Source of the DNA: Polyangiales bacterium
GTDB lineage: Bacteria > Myxococcota_A > Polyangia > Polyangiales > Polyangiaceae
DNA: 64,000 bases
Assembly (NCBI GenBank): GCA_038230375.1
Contig: JBBRNJ010000023.1
Coordinates: forward strand, 42,452 to 106,451
Direction of reading: 5' to 3'
Shown: piece after piece, positions 38,218-46,904 of the stretch
Numbering within the stretch: the first letter of the stretch is position 1
Layout of the letters: each line of letters begins with the position of its first letter
The notes under the pieces: model-generated
What the model was told of the DNA's origin: nothing
The model's database searches: none
The model's input: the letters and a program-made list of their open reading frames with translations, nothing else
Program-made: the position numbers and the translations under genes

Positions 38218-39305
38218 TGCGCGCGCGTTTGATCGTCTGCGTCGCGCTTGCCGCCACGTCCGTGCCGGCGACGGCCCTCGCGAACGTGACGCAGTCAACG
38301 TCGGGCTGGGTGCCCGCGGAAGGCCCGCCGCCGGAGACCTCGACCCCGACCTCGACCTCGACCCCGACCCCGACCTCGACCCCGACCCCGACCCCGACCC
38401 CGACCTCGACCTCGACCTCGACCTCGACCTCGACCTCGACCTCGCCCACCGGGTCCCGGATCACGACCTCCACGACAACCACGCTCACGACCCCCGCCTC
38501 CGACTTTCCCCCGGTCGACCCCAGGCCTCCGCTATCCCTCTTTCCGACTCCTCCGGAGGACAGGCTCATCGACCCGCGCATGGCGCGGTCCTGGGGGGGG
38601 CGTCCGTCGCGGCTGTTCGTCTCGTCCGCGATCGACATCGGCTTCGTCTATCTACGGCCCAGGGTCTCTGTGGGCTACGGCAAGCCGTTCACGAAATGGA
38701 TCGGCGTTGACGCGAATCCGGTGGTGAGCGGTGACGTGGCGGGTGTCTACGCCGGCCTCCGGCTGGAGATCCCGTATGTCGACCTGCGCGTGGGCCCTCG
38801 CTACATCGTCTCGCTCAATCGCTCGTTCCTTCCGCAGAAGACGAACTACGACCGGCTCGACATCGCGACGAGCGAAGGCGTGCAGCAGAAGATCCTCACC
38901 TACGAAGCCGAGTTGGACGCGACGATTCCGCTGGGGCCTGGCGCTGTCTTGCTGCGTGGCACCGTCTCCTACGTCACCAACGTTCCGAGCGGCCAGTACG
39001 CGTTCGAGGAGACTCTCAAAGTCGTCGTTGCCCCGCCCCTCATCTATCGCGGCCGTGGTGGCTACATCTACCGGCTCGGCGCCTATGGCCAACATTCGGT
39101 GGGGCTCGTGGCGGATGTCCTGGACGTTCCCAAGCGGGATGACGCAATCACGTTCCGCGCCGGCCCGGTCGTGCGCATTGCGCTCTCCCGTCGCGTGGAG
39201 CTGCGCGGGAGCTTCGTCATGATGCTGCTCGGCCCCGACAAGATCGGGCTCGACGGAAGCGACTTCACGGAGCTCGGAGTCCGCTATCGCTGGGCTACCG
39301 AATAG
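38217..39305 (+). CDS. Hypothetical exported protein, Thr/Pro linker plus probable beta-barrel
   Basis: TGATG coupling to PAP2; signal peptide; amphipathic strands; ends ELGVRYRWATE. Confidence 0.6.
   Translation: MRARLIVCVALAATSVPATALANVTQSTSGWVPAEGPPPETSTPTSTSTPTPTSTPTPTPTPTSTSTSTSTSTSTSPTGSRITTSTTTTLTTPASDFPPVDPRPPLSLFPTPPEDRLIDPRMARSWGGRPSRLFVSSAIDIGFVYLRPRVSVGYGKPFTKWIGVDANPVVSGDVAGVYAGLRLEIPYVDLRVGPRYIVSLNRSFLPQKTNYDRLDIATSEGVQQKILTYEAELDATIPLGPGAVLLRGTVSYVTNVPSGQYAFEETLKVVVAPPLIYRGRGGYIYRLGAYGQHSVGLVADVLDVPKRDDAITFRAGPVVRIALSRRVELRGSFVMMLLGPDKIGLDGSDFTELGVRYRWATE
38336..38444 (+). repeat. (CGACCT/CGACCC)n hexamer array encoding a TS/TP linker
   Basis: Directly visible. Confidence 0.9.
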
Positions 39306-39320
39306 CCCGTGCGGGCGGTG

Positions 39321-41072
39321 TCAATGCGTGTCGGGACGTTCGACGCCGGCGAGGTAGAAGCCGCGCTCGCCCAGATCGTACAGGTGCAGGTTGAGCGGGT
39401 TCTTGCTGACGCCGTTGTCGATCGTGACGACCACGTAGCGCTCCTTCGCGTCGTCGCGGAGCGCGTCGGCGAGACCCGCCTTGTGCGGGACCTTTGCGCA
39501 GATCGCTCCGTTCTCTTGCAGGCTGAGCGACACGACGCGCGAGGGCTCGCCAGCGACGGTGGCCGCGTACCGGAAGTGCTCCGCCGTCGCGAGGCCACGC
39601 AGCCGCGCGAAATCCACGGCGCACACCGAGTCACCCTCTTGCTTGATCTCACCAAGCGGCGACAGCCGCGTGAGGTAGCGCAACATGATCTTGTCCAGCC
39701 GTCCCTGCATGATGTTCGCCAGGTAGGTGGCGTCCTCGGGCTTCGTGAAGTTTCCCGCCTTCACGAACGCATGCACCATCGCCGGGTCCACGCGCGCGAG
39801 CATGCGCGCCATCCAGGCGCCGTCACGCTCCGTCATGCGAGAAAACGCAGGGTTCTGATACTCGTTCTTCCACTCCTCGGGCACGAAGCGCTCGACGTCG
39901 TAGAACGCGAATTGCTCCTTGCCGGGCGCGCGCTCCGCGAGGTCCCACGGCCGCGTGATGATGCCGAACGTCAGGAAGTCGGTCGTGATGTCCGGCACGT
40001 CCAGCAGGTAGCTGTACCCAAGGCGCTTGGACACCGCCTCCCACTCCCACTCGCTGCCGAAGCACTCGCTCGTGTCCAGGTAGTAGTGGCGCACGGAGCC
40101 CGGCGAGCCATCGGGGGCCGCCTTCCCAGCGTCGGAGATCCACGTGTCCATGCTGTTCTGCTCGCGCGCATCGTGGTGCTCGGTCCATGCGGCAAGCAAG
40201 CGACCGCCGCGCAGCTCGCGCCGGTCCTCGTGCGGCACGACGTCGTTCGGGTCGTCCTTGCGCGTGCCCTCGTAGCGGAACGGGCCGATCAGCCTGCCCG
40301 GCAGCCACGCGGACGCCTGCATACGAACAAGCTCACCTCGCTTCGTCGCGCGCGTGAGAACGTGCTCGAGCGCAGCGGCATCGAACGGCTTTGGAACCCC
40401 GCTGTTGTCCTGGGTGACGAGCCCGGGGGTGAGCTTCAGGACGCGCGGGTTGAAGTAGACGACCTGCTCGCAGGACGTGTAGAAACCAGCAGCGTGGTAG
40501 ACGGCGGCGCCGATGGCGCTCGCGGCGGTCGGATGCTCGCCTTGAGCATCATCCGACTTGAGCATGTACTTGCCCTTGCCAGGGATGTTGATCCGAAACC
40601 CAGGAGACGAGCCGTTGGCCTTGCCCGCGTCAATGACCCACTCACCCTCCTTCGCCACGGTGCCGTCGAGGATCTGCGAAGCCTCGCATGCGCCGCGCGT
40701 GGCCTCTTCCGGCGTCACCGGGCGCGCACCGAGGCGCGGCGTGAACCACGACGAGGGCACGACCTCGTCGAGGGCGGTGGCGTTCCGTGCCTCGGTCGTC
40801 GCCGGAACCCGCAGCGTCTCCGTGATGGGCCGGGCGACCGCATTGTCGATGGCATCCCACGCGAGCGGCGAGACGTATGTCTCCGGGGTGCAGGCCACGT
40901 GATTGGGCTCCTTCTTCGTGGGGTCTGCCTTGCACGGCAGCGACACCGACGCGAGGTCCGGATCGCGCTGCAGGTGCGGCGCCATCGGGAAGCGGCGATC
41001 ATGGTCCGTTGCGCACCCGCCAAGCAGCACCAGCGCCGTACCAAAGAGAACGTTCACCCTCCGTTGCATCAT
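39321..41072 (-). CDS. Lipoprotein with atypical kinase-like (PI3/4K/HipA/CotH superfamily-like) motifs
   Basis: Lipobox LGGC; GKANGSSPGF..YMLKSD; HHDAREQNS (DxxxxN); YYLDTSECFG. Confidence 0.6.
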   Translation of the reverse strand: MMQRRVNVLFGTALVLLGGCATDHDRRFPMAPHLQRDPDLASVSLPCKADPTKKEPNHVACTPETYVSPLAWDAIDNAVARPITETLRVPATTEARNATALDEVVPSSWFTPRLGARPVTPEEATRGACEASQILDGTVAKEGEWVIDAGKANGSSPGFRINIPGKGKYMLKSDDAQGEHPTAASAIGAAVYHAAGFYTSCEQVVYFNPRVLKLTPGLVTQDNSGVPKPFDAAALEHVLTRATKRGELVRMQASAWLPGRLIGPFRYEGTRKDDPNDVVPHEDRRELRGGRLLAAWTEHHDAREQNSMDTWISDAGKAAPDGSPGSVRHYYLDTSECFGSEWEWEAVSKRLGYSYLLDVPDITTDFLTFGIITRPWDLAERAPGKEQFAFYDVERFVPEEWKNEYQNPAFSRMTERDGAWMARMLARVDPAMVHAFVKAGNFTKPEDATYLANIMQGRLDKIMLRYLTRLSPLGEIKQEGDSVCAVDFARLRGLATAEHFRYAATVAGEPSRVVSLSLQENGAICAKVPHKAGLADALRDDAKERYVVVTIDNGVSKNPLNLHLYDLGERGFYLAGVERPDTH

Positions 41073-41128
41073 GCATATTCTCTAGGCGTGGTAGTGAGCA
41101 GTACACAAGTGGCGGAACACGAAATTCG

Positions 41129-42510
41129 ATGAGCGACGCCGGTCACCACGACCCGGTCCCCTCGCGCCGGCATCGCGGCCCGATCGAGATCGTTTTGTCA
41201 GCTGTGGCAGAAGTGCGTGAGGGGGAGGCCGCCACGGCGCTCCTGCTGACCCTCAACGTGTTCCTCTTGCTGGCGGCCTACTACCTGCTCAAGGTGGCCC
41301 GCGAGCCGCTCATCCTTCTCGGCGGTGGCGCCGAATTGAAGCAGTTCGCGGCTGCGGGGCAGTCCGTTCTCCTGATCGGCGTCACGCTGGTCTACAGCTG
41401 GCTGGCCTCCCGCGTCGGCCGCATGAAGCTCATCGCGTACATGAGCTTCTTCTTCGTGTCGAACCTGGCCGTGTTCGCGATCCTGGCTCGCACGAAGTTG
41501 TCGCTCGGTGTCCCGTTCTACCTGTGGGTCGGCATCTTCAACCGCATGGTGATCGCTCAGTTCTGGGCGTTCGGCGCGGACATCTACGCGGGCGAGCGGG
41601 GCAAACGCCTCTTCCACGTCCTTGGCGTGGGCAGCTCCGCTGGCGCAGCCGCGGGCGCCACGATCGCGGACCGGCTGCTTTTTCTCGGGCCGAGCGGCCT
41701 CATGTGGGTCGCCGCATTCGTCCTCGTGGCATGCGTGGGCATCAGCTACGTCGTGCACCGCCGCGAGTCCGCCGCGACGGCAGCCAAGCACGAGAAGCCC
41801 GAGGAGGCCTTCGGTCACGAGAACGCGTTCTCGATGATGTTGAAAGACAAGTATCTCATCTACGTGGGGCTGATGCTCCTCGTGCTGAACCTCGTCAACT
41901 CCATGGGGAGTTCATCCTGGACCGCACGATGCTGTCGGGCGCAGACGCGAGCGCCGCCGCCGAGGGGATCTCGAAGAGCGAGTTCATTGGCCACTTCAAG
42001 GCGCGCTACTTCGAATGGATCAACATCCTCGGGATGGGGATGCAGCTCTTCCTCGTCTCGCGCATCATCAAGTACATCGGTGTGCGCAAGGCGCTCTTCG
42101 CCATGCCGCTCGCGGCGCTCGGCGGATACGGCACGCTGCTCGTCCTTCCCACGCTGTCGGTCGTCTTCTTCCAGAAGGTCATCGAGAACAGTCTGGACTA
42201 CTCACTCGCGAACACCACCACGCAGTCCCTGTGGCTCGTCACCACGCGCGAGGCCAAGTACAAGGTGAAGCAGCTCGCTGACACGTTCATCGTGCGAGCT
42301 GGTGACGCGATCACCGCCGTGCTCGTCATGAAGCGGTGGGGCCTCTCGACCACATTGCTCGTGACGATCAACCTGGTCGGTGTTGCCGCGTGGCTTGGTA
42401 TCCTCGCGCTCGTCGTGCGCGAGCACAAACGCAGGGAGGACGCCGCTCCTCCTCCAGCACCGCCCCCAGCATCGGAAGCGCCCAAGGGCGTCGCGGAGGC
42501 GATCGCATGA
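41129..42510 (+). pseudogene. NTT/TLC family nucleotide (ATP/ADP) transporter-like MFS protein, frameshifted at ~41905-41908 (real lesion or sequencing error)
   Basis: YYLLKVARE, FYLWVGIF..QFWAFGADIY..GKRLF in one frame; EFILD..KVIENSLDYSL..KYKVKQLADTFIVRAGD in the next; one extra G in the G4 run restores NSMGEFILD. Confidence 0.75.
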
Positions 42511-43886
42511 ACAGCCTGCATTCAAAGCGTGTCTCGGTCGCCTTCGTCGCTGCCGCCCTCATCGTGTCACCCGCCATCGCGCGCGCAGACGGTCCGCACG
42601 CGCCGGATCCGCCGCAGCGCGCCGCGCCCGAGAAGAAGCCGCTTCCCAGCTACGACGGCCGTCCACCCGCCGAGCCGGATGCAGGCGACACGGCGCTGTG
42701 GGCTCCGCGGATCCTCCTCTATCCGTTCTACTTGTTCTCGGAGTACGTGGTGCGCAGACCCCTGGGTGCGATCGTCACCTGGGCGGAGCGCAAGGACGTG
42801 CCCCGCATCCTCTACGACTTCTTCGCGTTCGGGCCCGACCACAAGGCGGGCTTCGCGCCGATCGTCCTCGTCGACTTCGGCTTCGCGCCCAGCGCCGGCC
42901 TCTACTTCTTCTGGGACGACGCCTTCGTCAAAGGCCAGGACTTCAGCATCCACGGCTCCACGGGCGGAGAGGACTGGGTCGCCGGCAGCTTCCGCGATCG
43001 CTATCGCTGGCACAACGAGGCGGTCACCTTCCGTGCCCTCGGCACCGCACGCCCGGACAACGCGTTCTTCGGAACAGGAGCGCGCGCGGTCGAAGCGGAT
43101 CGCACGCGCTATGGCGCCACCAAGCTCGAGACGTCGCTCCTCTACGAGAACCACATGTCGAAGAAGAGCGTGTTCGAGGCGGGCTTTGCCGTGCGCTCAC
43201 TGAGTTTCCGCGACTCGCACTTCAGCAACGACCCCAGCGTGTCGGAGGGCGTCGCGACCGGACGCTTCATCCAGCCGGAGGCTTTCGGCAGTGGGTACGT
43301 CGGTGGCGAGAGTCGTTCACGCCTCGCGCTCGACTCGCGCGGTGACGGACCCAAAGCGGCGCGCTCCGGCATTCACATGGAGATGGAAGGTGCCGTGGGC
43401 GAGGCTCCCGGAACGCAGCACTATGGGTGGGCGCGCTACGACACCATCGTGCGCGGCATGGTCGACGTCAACGGGCACGATCGCGTCGTCGCGCTCTCCG
43501 CGGGCGCGTTCTTCGCGGACCCCCTCGGCGAGGCGAAGGTCCCCTTCACGGAGCTCGTGTCGCTCGGCGGTCTGGGCCCTATGCCAGGGTTCGTCCCCGG
43601 TCGGCTCTACGGACGCAGCGCGTTCGTCGCCACCATGAAATACGAGTGGCCCATCTGGATGTGGCTCCACGGCACGGTTCAGGCCTCCGTTGGCAATGTC
43701 TTCGGGCCGCACCTCGATGACGCAAGGCCCTCGCTGATGCGTGCCTCGGGCGCGATCGGCGTCGCGCAGATCGGCGACACGGACAATCCGCTTCAGGTGC
43801 TCGTGGGCGCCGGCTCGGAGACGTTCGCGCATGGCGGTCAGCTCGACTCCATCCGCATCCTCGTCGGCACGACCCACGGCTACTGA
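42507..43886 (+). CDS. Omp85/BamA-TamA-like outer membrane beta-barrel protein lacking POTRA domains
   Basis: ATGA overlap with transporter; signal peptide; VPFTELVSLGG..MPGFVPGRLYG (LGG..RG(Y/F)..GR-like loop), GNVF; amphipathic strands. Confidence 0.65.
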   Translation: MNSLHSKRVSVAFVAAALIVSPAIARADGPHAPDPPQRAAPEKKPLPSYDGRPPAEPDAGDTALWAPRILLYPFYLFSEYVVRRPLGAIVTWAERKDVPRILYDFFAFGPDHKAGFAPIVLVDFGFAPSAGLYFFWDDAFVKGQDFSIHGSTGGEDWVAGSFRDRYRWHNEAVTFRALGTARPDNAFFGTGARAVEADRTRYGATKLETSLLYENHMSKKSVFEAGFAVRSLSFRDSHFSNDPSVSEGVATGRFIQPEAFGSGYVGGESRSRLALDSRGDGPKAARSGIHMEMEGAVGEAPGTQHYGWARYDTIVRGMVDVNGHDRVVALSAGAFFADPLGEAKVPFTELVSLGGLGPMPGFVPGRLYGRSAFVATMKYEWPIWMWLHGTVQASVGNVFGPHLDDARPSLMRASGAIGVAQIGDTDNPLQVLVGAGSETFAHGGQLDSIRILVGTTHGY

Positions 43887-43900
43887 GCTACGAACGCAGA

Positions 43901-45466
43901 CTACTCGGAGAAGAGTGAGAGCTGCTTCGTGGCAGGCTTCGCCGCTCCCGCCTTCGGGGTGCCCTCCGGAGCAAGCGCGACCAGGTGCGCGAGCGTGTCC
44001 GCCTCTTCCGGGCGCTTGTCCTCGCGGTAGCGAACGACGCGCGCGAAGCGGAGCGCCACGTGTCCGGGGTACCTGGGGCTGCGCTGCACGTCGCCGACCT
44101 CGATCTCCACGACGGTCACGGGGCGCACGTGGACCACGTGCTCTTCACGGTGGGTCTCGATCTCCTGGAAGTGGCGCGTCTGCCAGGCGAGCAGCTCGTC
44201 CGTCATGCCCTTGAACGTCTTGCCCACCATCACGAACGTGCCGTCGTCCCCACGCGCGCCAAGGTGGATATTGGAGAGGAGGCCCTTCCTGCGACCGCTG
44301 CCCCACTCGACCGCAAGGACCACGAGGTCGAACGTGTGCACCTTCTTGACCTTGCGCCACGCCTCGCCCCGCGCGCCCAGGCGATACGCGGAGTCCAGCT
44401 TCTTCACCATCACACCTTCGTGGCCGCGCGACTCCGCGTCGTTGAGAAATGCGCGCGCAAGGTCAAGGCTCTCCGTCTCGATCGCTGGCATCTGCGCGCC
44501 GAGCACCACGGACGCTCGCAGCGCCGCGAGCCGCGAAGAGAGCGGGTGCTCCACCAGATCCTCGCCGTCCTTGTGCAGGCAGTCGAACGCGAAGAGGTGC
44601 AGCCGGTAGCCCGCGGGCATCGCGCCTCCGGCGAGCGCAGAGAACGTCTCCTGGAACGGACGCGCGCGGAGCTCGTCGTTCACGAGCGCGATCTCACCGT
44701 CCAGGACAAGCGCCTTCACCGAGTGATGAACGGCGCCGGCCAGTGCCGGACGCGCGCCTTCCGTGATGTCGTTGCCCTGGCGCGAGAACACGCGCGTGGT
44801 CTCGCCCGCCACGTGGACCTGCGCACGTACGCCGTCCACCTTCCACTCCACGCGCACAGTCCCGCCATCCGCCATGGCCTCCGTGAGACCCTCGGACGGG
44901 GAGGCGAGCATGGGAGCAAGCGGCGTGAGCAGAGAAATCTCCGTCGGCAACGGATGCTCCCGAGCGGCGCCCAGCACAGCCGCGGCGACCCGTGCGGTGG
45001 TTCCCATGACCGTGGCAGCGCGCCGCACCTCCGCCTCCTCGCGACCCGACGCGAGTGTCAGCGCGGACAGCAGCACCCCGGCGAGGCCGCCCTGGCGAAG
45101 CGTGTACGTGAGCGCGCCGACCAGGAAGCGCCGCTCCTCGTGCGTGAGCCGCTCGAAGAGAGCACGGGCATGCGCCTGCGCGGCGCGCTTTCCGGAGGAT
45201 TTGATCTCGGCGAGCGCGCGCCCCACTTCCAGGATCGTCATCGTGGGCTCGCTCGCGGCACGTAGCTTGGTCAGCGCATAGAGCGCGGCGTGGCCCAGAC
45301 CGATGGCGCCGCACGGTGGTTCGGCGGTGAGCCAGCCGGCGGCCGCGGCGACCTCGTCCTTCTCCAGCGACACGAGGAGATCGCGGAGGAGCGCGGCCTT
45401 CTCGGTCTTCTTCCGCGTGGCCGCGACCTGTAGCGAGGTCTCTGCGAGCGCGTGGAACAGCGCCAT
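43901..45466 (-). CDS. ATP-dependent DNA ligase (LigB-like)
   Basis: EWKVDGVRAQ (motif I), LDGEI, FAFD, EGVMVK, WRKVK, ALRFAR..YREDK. Confidence 0.92.
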   Translation of the reverse strand: MALFHALAETSLQVAATRKKTEKAALLRDLLVSLEKDEVAAAAGWLTAEPPCGAIGLGHAALYALTKLRAASEPTMTILEVGRALAEIKSSGKRAAQAHARALFERLTHEERRFLVGALTYTLRQGGLAGVLLSALTLASGREEAEVRRAATVMGTTARVAAAVLGAAREHPLPTEISLLTPLAPMLASPSEGLTEAMADGGTVRVEWKVDGVRAQVHVAGETTRVFSRQGNDITEGARPALAGAVHHSVKALVLDGEIALVNDELRARPFQETFSALAGGAMPAGYRLHLFAFDCLHKDGEDLVEHPLSSRLAALRASVVLGAQMPAIETESLDLARAFLNDAESRGHEGVMVKKLDSAYRLGARGEAWRKVKKVHTFDLVVLAVEWGSGRRKGLLSNIHLGARGDDGTFVMVGKTFKGMTDELLAWQTRHFQEIETHREEHVVHVRPVTVVEIEVGDVQRSPRYPGHVALRFARVVRYREDKRPEEADTLAHLVALAPEGTPKAGAAKPATKQLSLFSE

Positions 45467-45638
45467 GCTCCCGAGCTTAGTCCGATGCGCACACTCGCGC
45501 ACTGGCAAAGGCTTGCTCGGTGCCCTGGGGTGTTCTTTGCGCGGCATCCGCGTGGACGCGACCCCGTGACGTTGCGCGCGCGCGACACCACCTACGCCAC
45601 GCCCGCAAAAACAACGCGATCGGTGCGTGCGGGCCACC

Positions 45639-45654
45639 TGGAACGACAGATGCA
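45639..45654 (+). promoter_or_regulatory. Sigma54-type promoter TGGAACGACAGATGCA
   Basis: GG-N10-GC; ATG 13 nt after the GC. Confidence 0.6.
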
Positions 45655-45666
45655 CCATGCACCTTC

Positions 45667-46824
45667 ATGCACCGCACGAAGCTCGTCGCCGCGTTCGCTG
45701 TCTCCTCGCTACTCGCCGCATGCGGAGGCACTTCGTCGGAGGACGTGACCGTGAGCGTCTCGGAGAGCATCGCGCCGCGCATCGTGGGCGGAACCAAGTC
45801 GACCTCCACGCAGGACTCCGTCGTGTTCCTGAACATGGGCGCGGGGTACTGCACGGGCACGCTCATCGCGCCGAACCTGGTGCTCACCGCGCGGCACTGC
45901 GTGCAGACCATGGACGAGAGCTCGGCGTGCGGCACGTTCGTCAAGGACAACAAGCCCTCCTCCATGCAGGTGGTGCTCGGCTATGGCGCGATGACCGGCT
46001 CCGCCGTCGCCACGGGCGCAAAATTCTTCCACGAGACGAACACCAGCGGCTGCAGCTACGACATCGCGCTCGTGCAGCTGGACAAGGACATCCCCGGCGC
46101 GAAGATCGCTCCGGTCAGCTTCACGCCAGTCAAGAAGGGCGACAGCAGCCTGGTCGCTGTTGGCTACGGCTCCATCAACGACAGCAACGGCGATCCTGCA
46201 GGCCGCCTGCAGCGCAGCGGGATCAGCGTCCAGGCCGCCGCCGCGACCTCGTACTCGTACACGACCAAGGCAGGGAAGAAGATCGCCGTTGATGTGTCGG
46301 CCGGCGAGTTCGCGACCGGTGAGTCCACGTGCTTCGGCGACAGCGGCGGACCGCTCTTCGACGCAGCTGGGAACATCGTCGGCGTCACCTCGCGCGGGAT
46401 CGACCAGTACTGCATCGATCGCCCGTCGATCTGGAGCGACACGGCGTCGCACCAGAAGCTCATCATGGACGCCGCGAAGAGCGCCGGTCACCCGCTCGAC
46501 GGCAGCTCCTCGGGCGGCACCGACGCGGACGCGGGCAGCGACGACCAGGGCTCCGACCCATCCAGCTCCGGTGGCTCCGGTGGCTCGGGCTCCGGCAACG
46601 GCGGCGGAAGCAACAACGGCGGCAGCAACAGCAACAGCGCGCAGGCCACGCCGTCTTCCGGTTCGCCGCCGGCCGACACCACGAGCCCCAACGCGTCGAG
46701 CTCCGGCGGCTGCAACCACGGCGGCGTCGGCGCGAACGGCACGGACGATCTCGCGCTCGTGCTCGGCGTCGTCTTCGGCCTTGCGCTGCTCCGCGCCCGC
46801 AAGAAGACCAACATTGTTTCCTAG
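45667..46824 (+). CDS. Trypsin-like (S1) serine protease lipoprotein with MYXO-CTERM-like tail
   Basis: Lipobox LAAC; RIVGG; LTARHC, DIAL, GDSGGP; tail SGGCNHGG-TM-RARKK. Confidence 0.92.
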   Translation: MHRTKLVAAFAVSSLLAACGGTSSEDVTVSVSESIAPRIVGGTKSTSTQDSVVFLNMGAGYCTGTLIAPNLVLTARHCVQTMDESSACGTFVKDNKPSSMQVVLGYGAMTGSAVATGAKFFHETNTSGCSYDIALVQLDKDIPGAKIAPVSFTPVKKGDSSLVAVGYGSINDSNGDPAGRLQRSGISVQAAAATSYSYTTKAGKKIAVDVSAGEFATGESTCFGDSGGPLFDAAGNIVGVTSRGIDQYCIDRPSIWSDTASHQKLIMDAAKSAGHPLDGSSSGGTDADAGSDDQGSDPSSSGGSGGSGSGNGGGSNNGGSNSNSAQATPSSGSPPADTTSPNASSSGGCNHGGVGANGTDDLALVLGVVFGLALLRARKKTNIVS

Positions 46825-46904
46825 GCGTTTCGCGCGCGGATAGCGCTGCGCCTTGGTTCACGACGGCACACAGTCCGACCAAGGTCGACTAAAGTCGTGA
46901 GTCC

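Noticed and set aside
41895..41925. Programmed ribosomal frameshift in the transporter
   Set aside because: No canonical slippery heptamer or obvious stimulator; an indel is the simpler explanation.
43901..45466. DNA ligase as a marker of a prophage or NHEJ island
   Set aside because: No integrase, phage, Ku or LigD polymerase/nuclease domains nearby.
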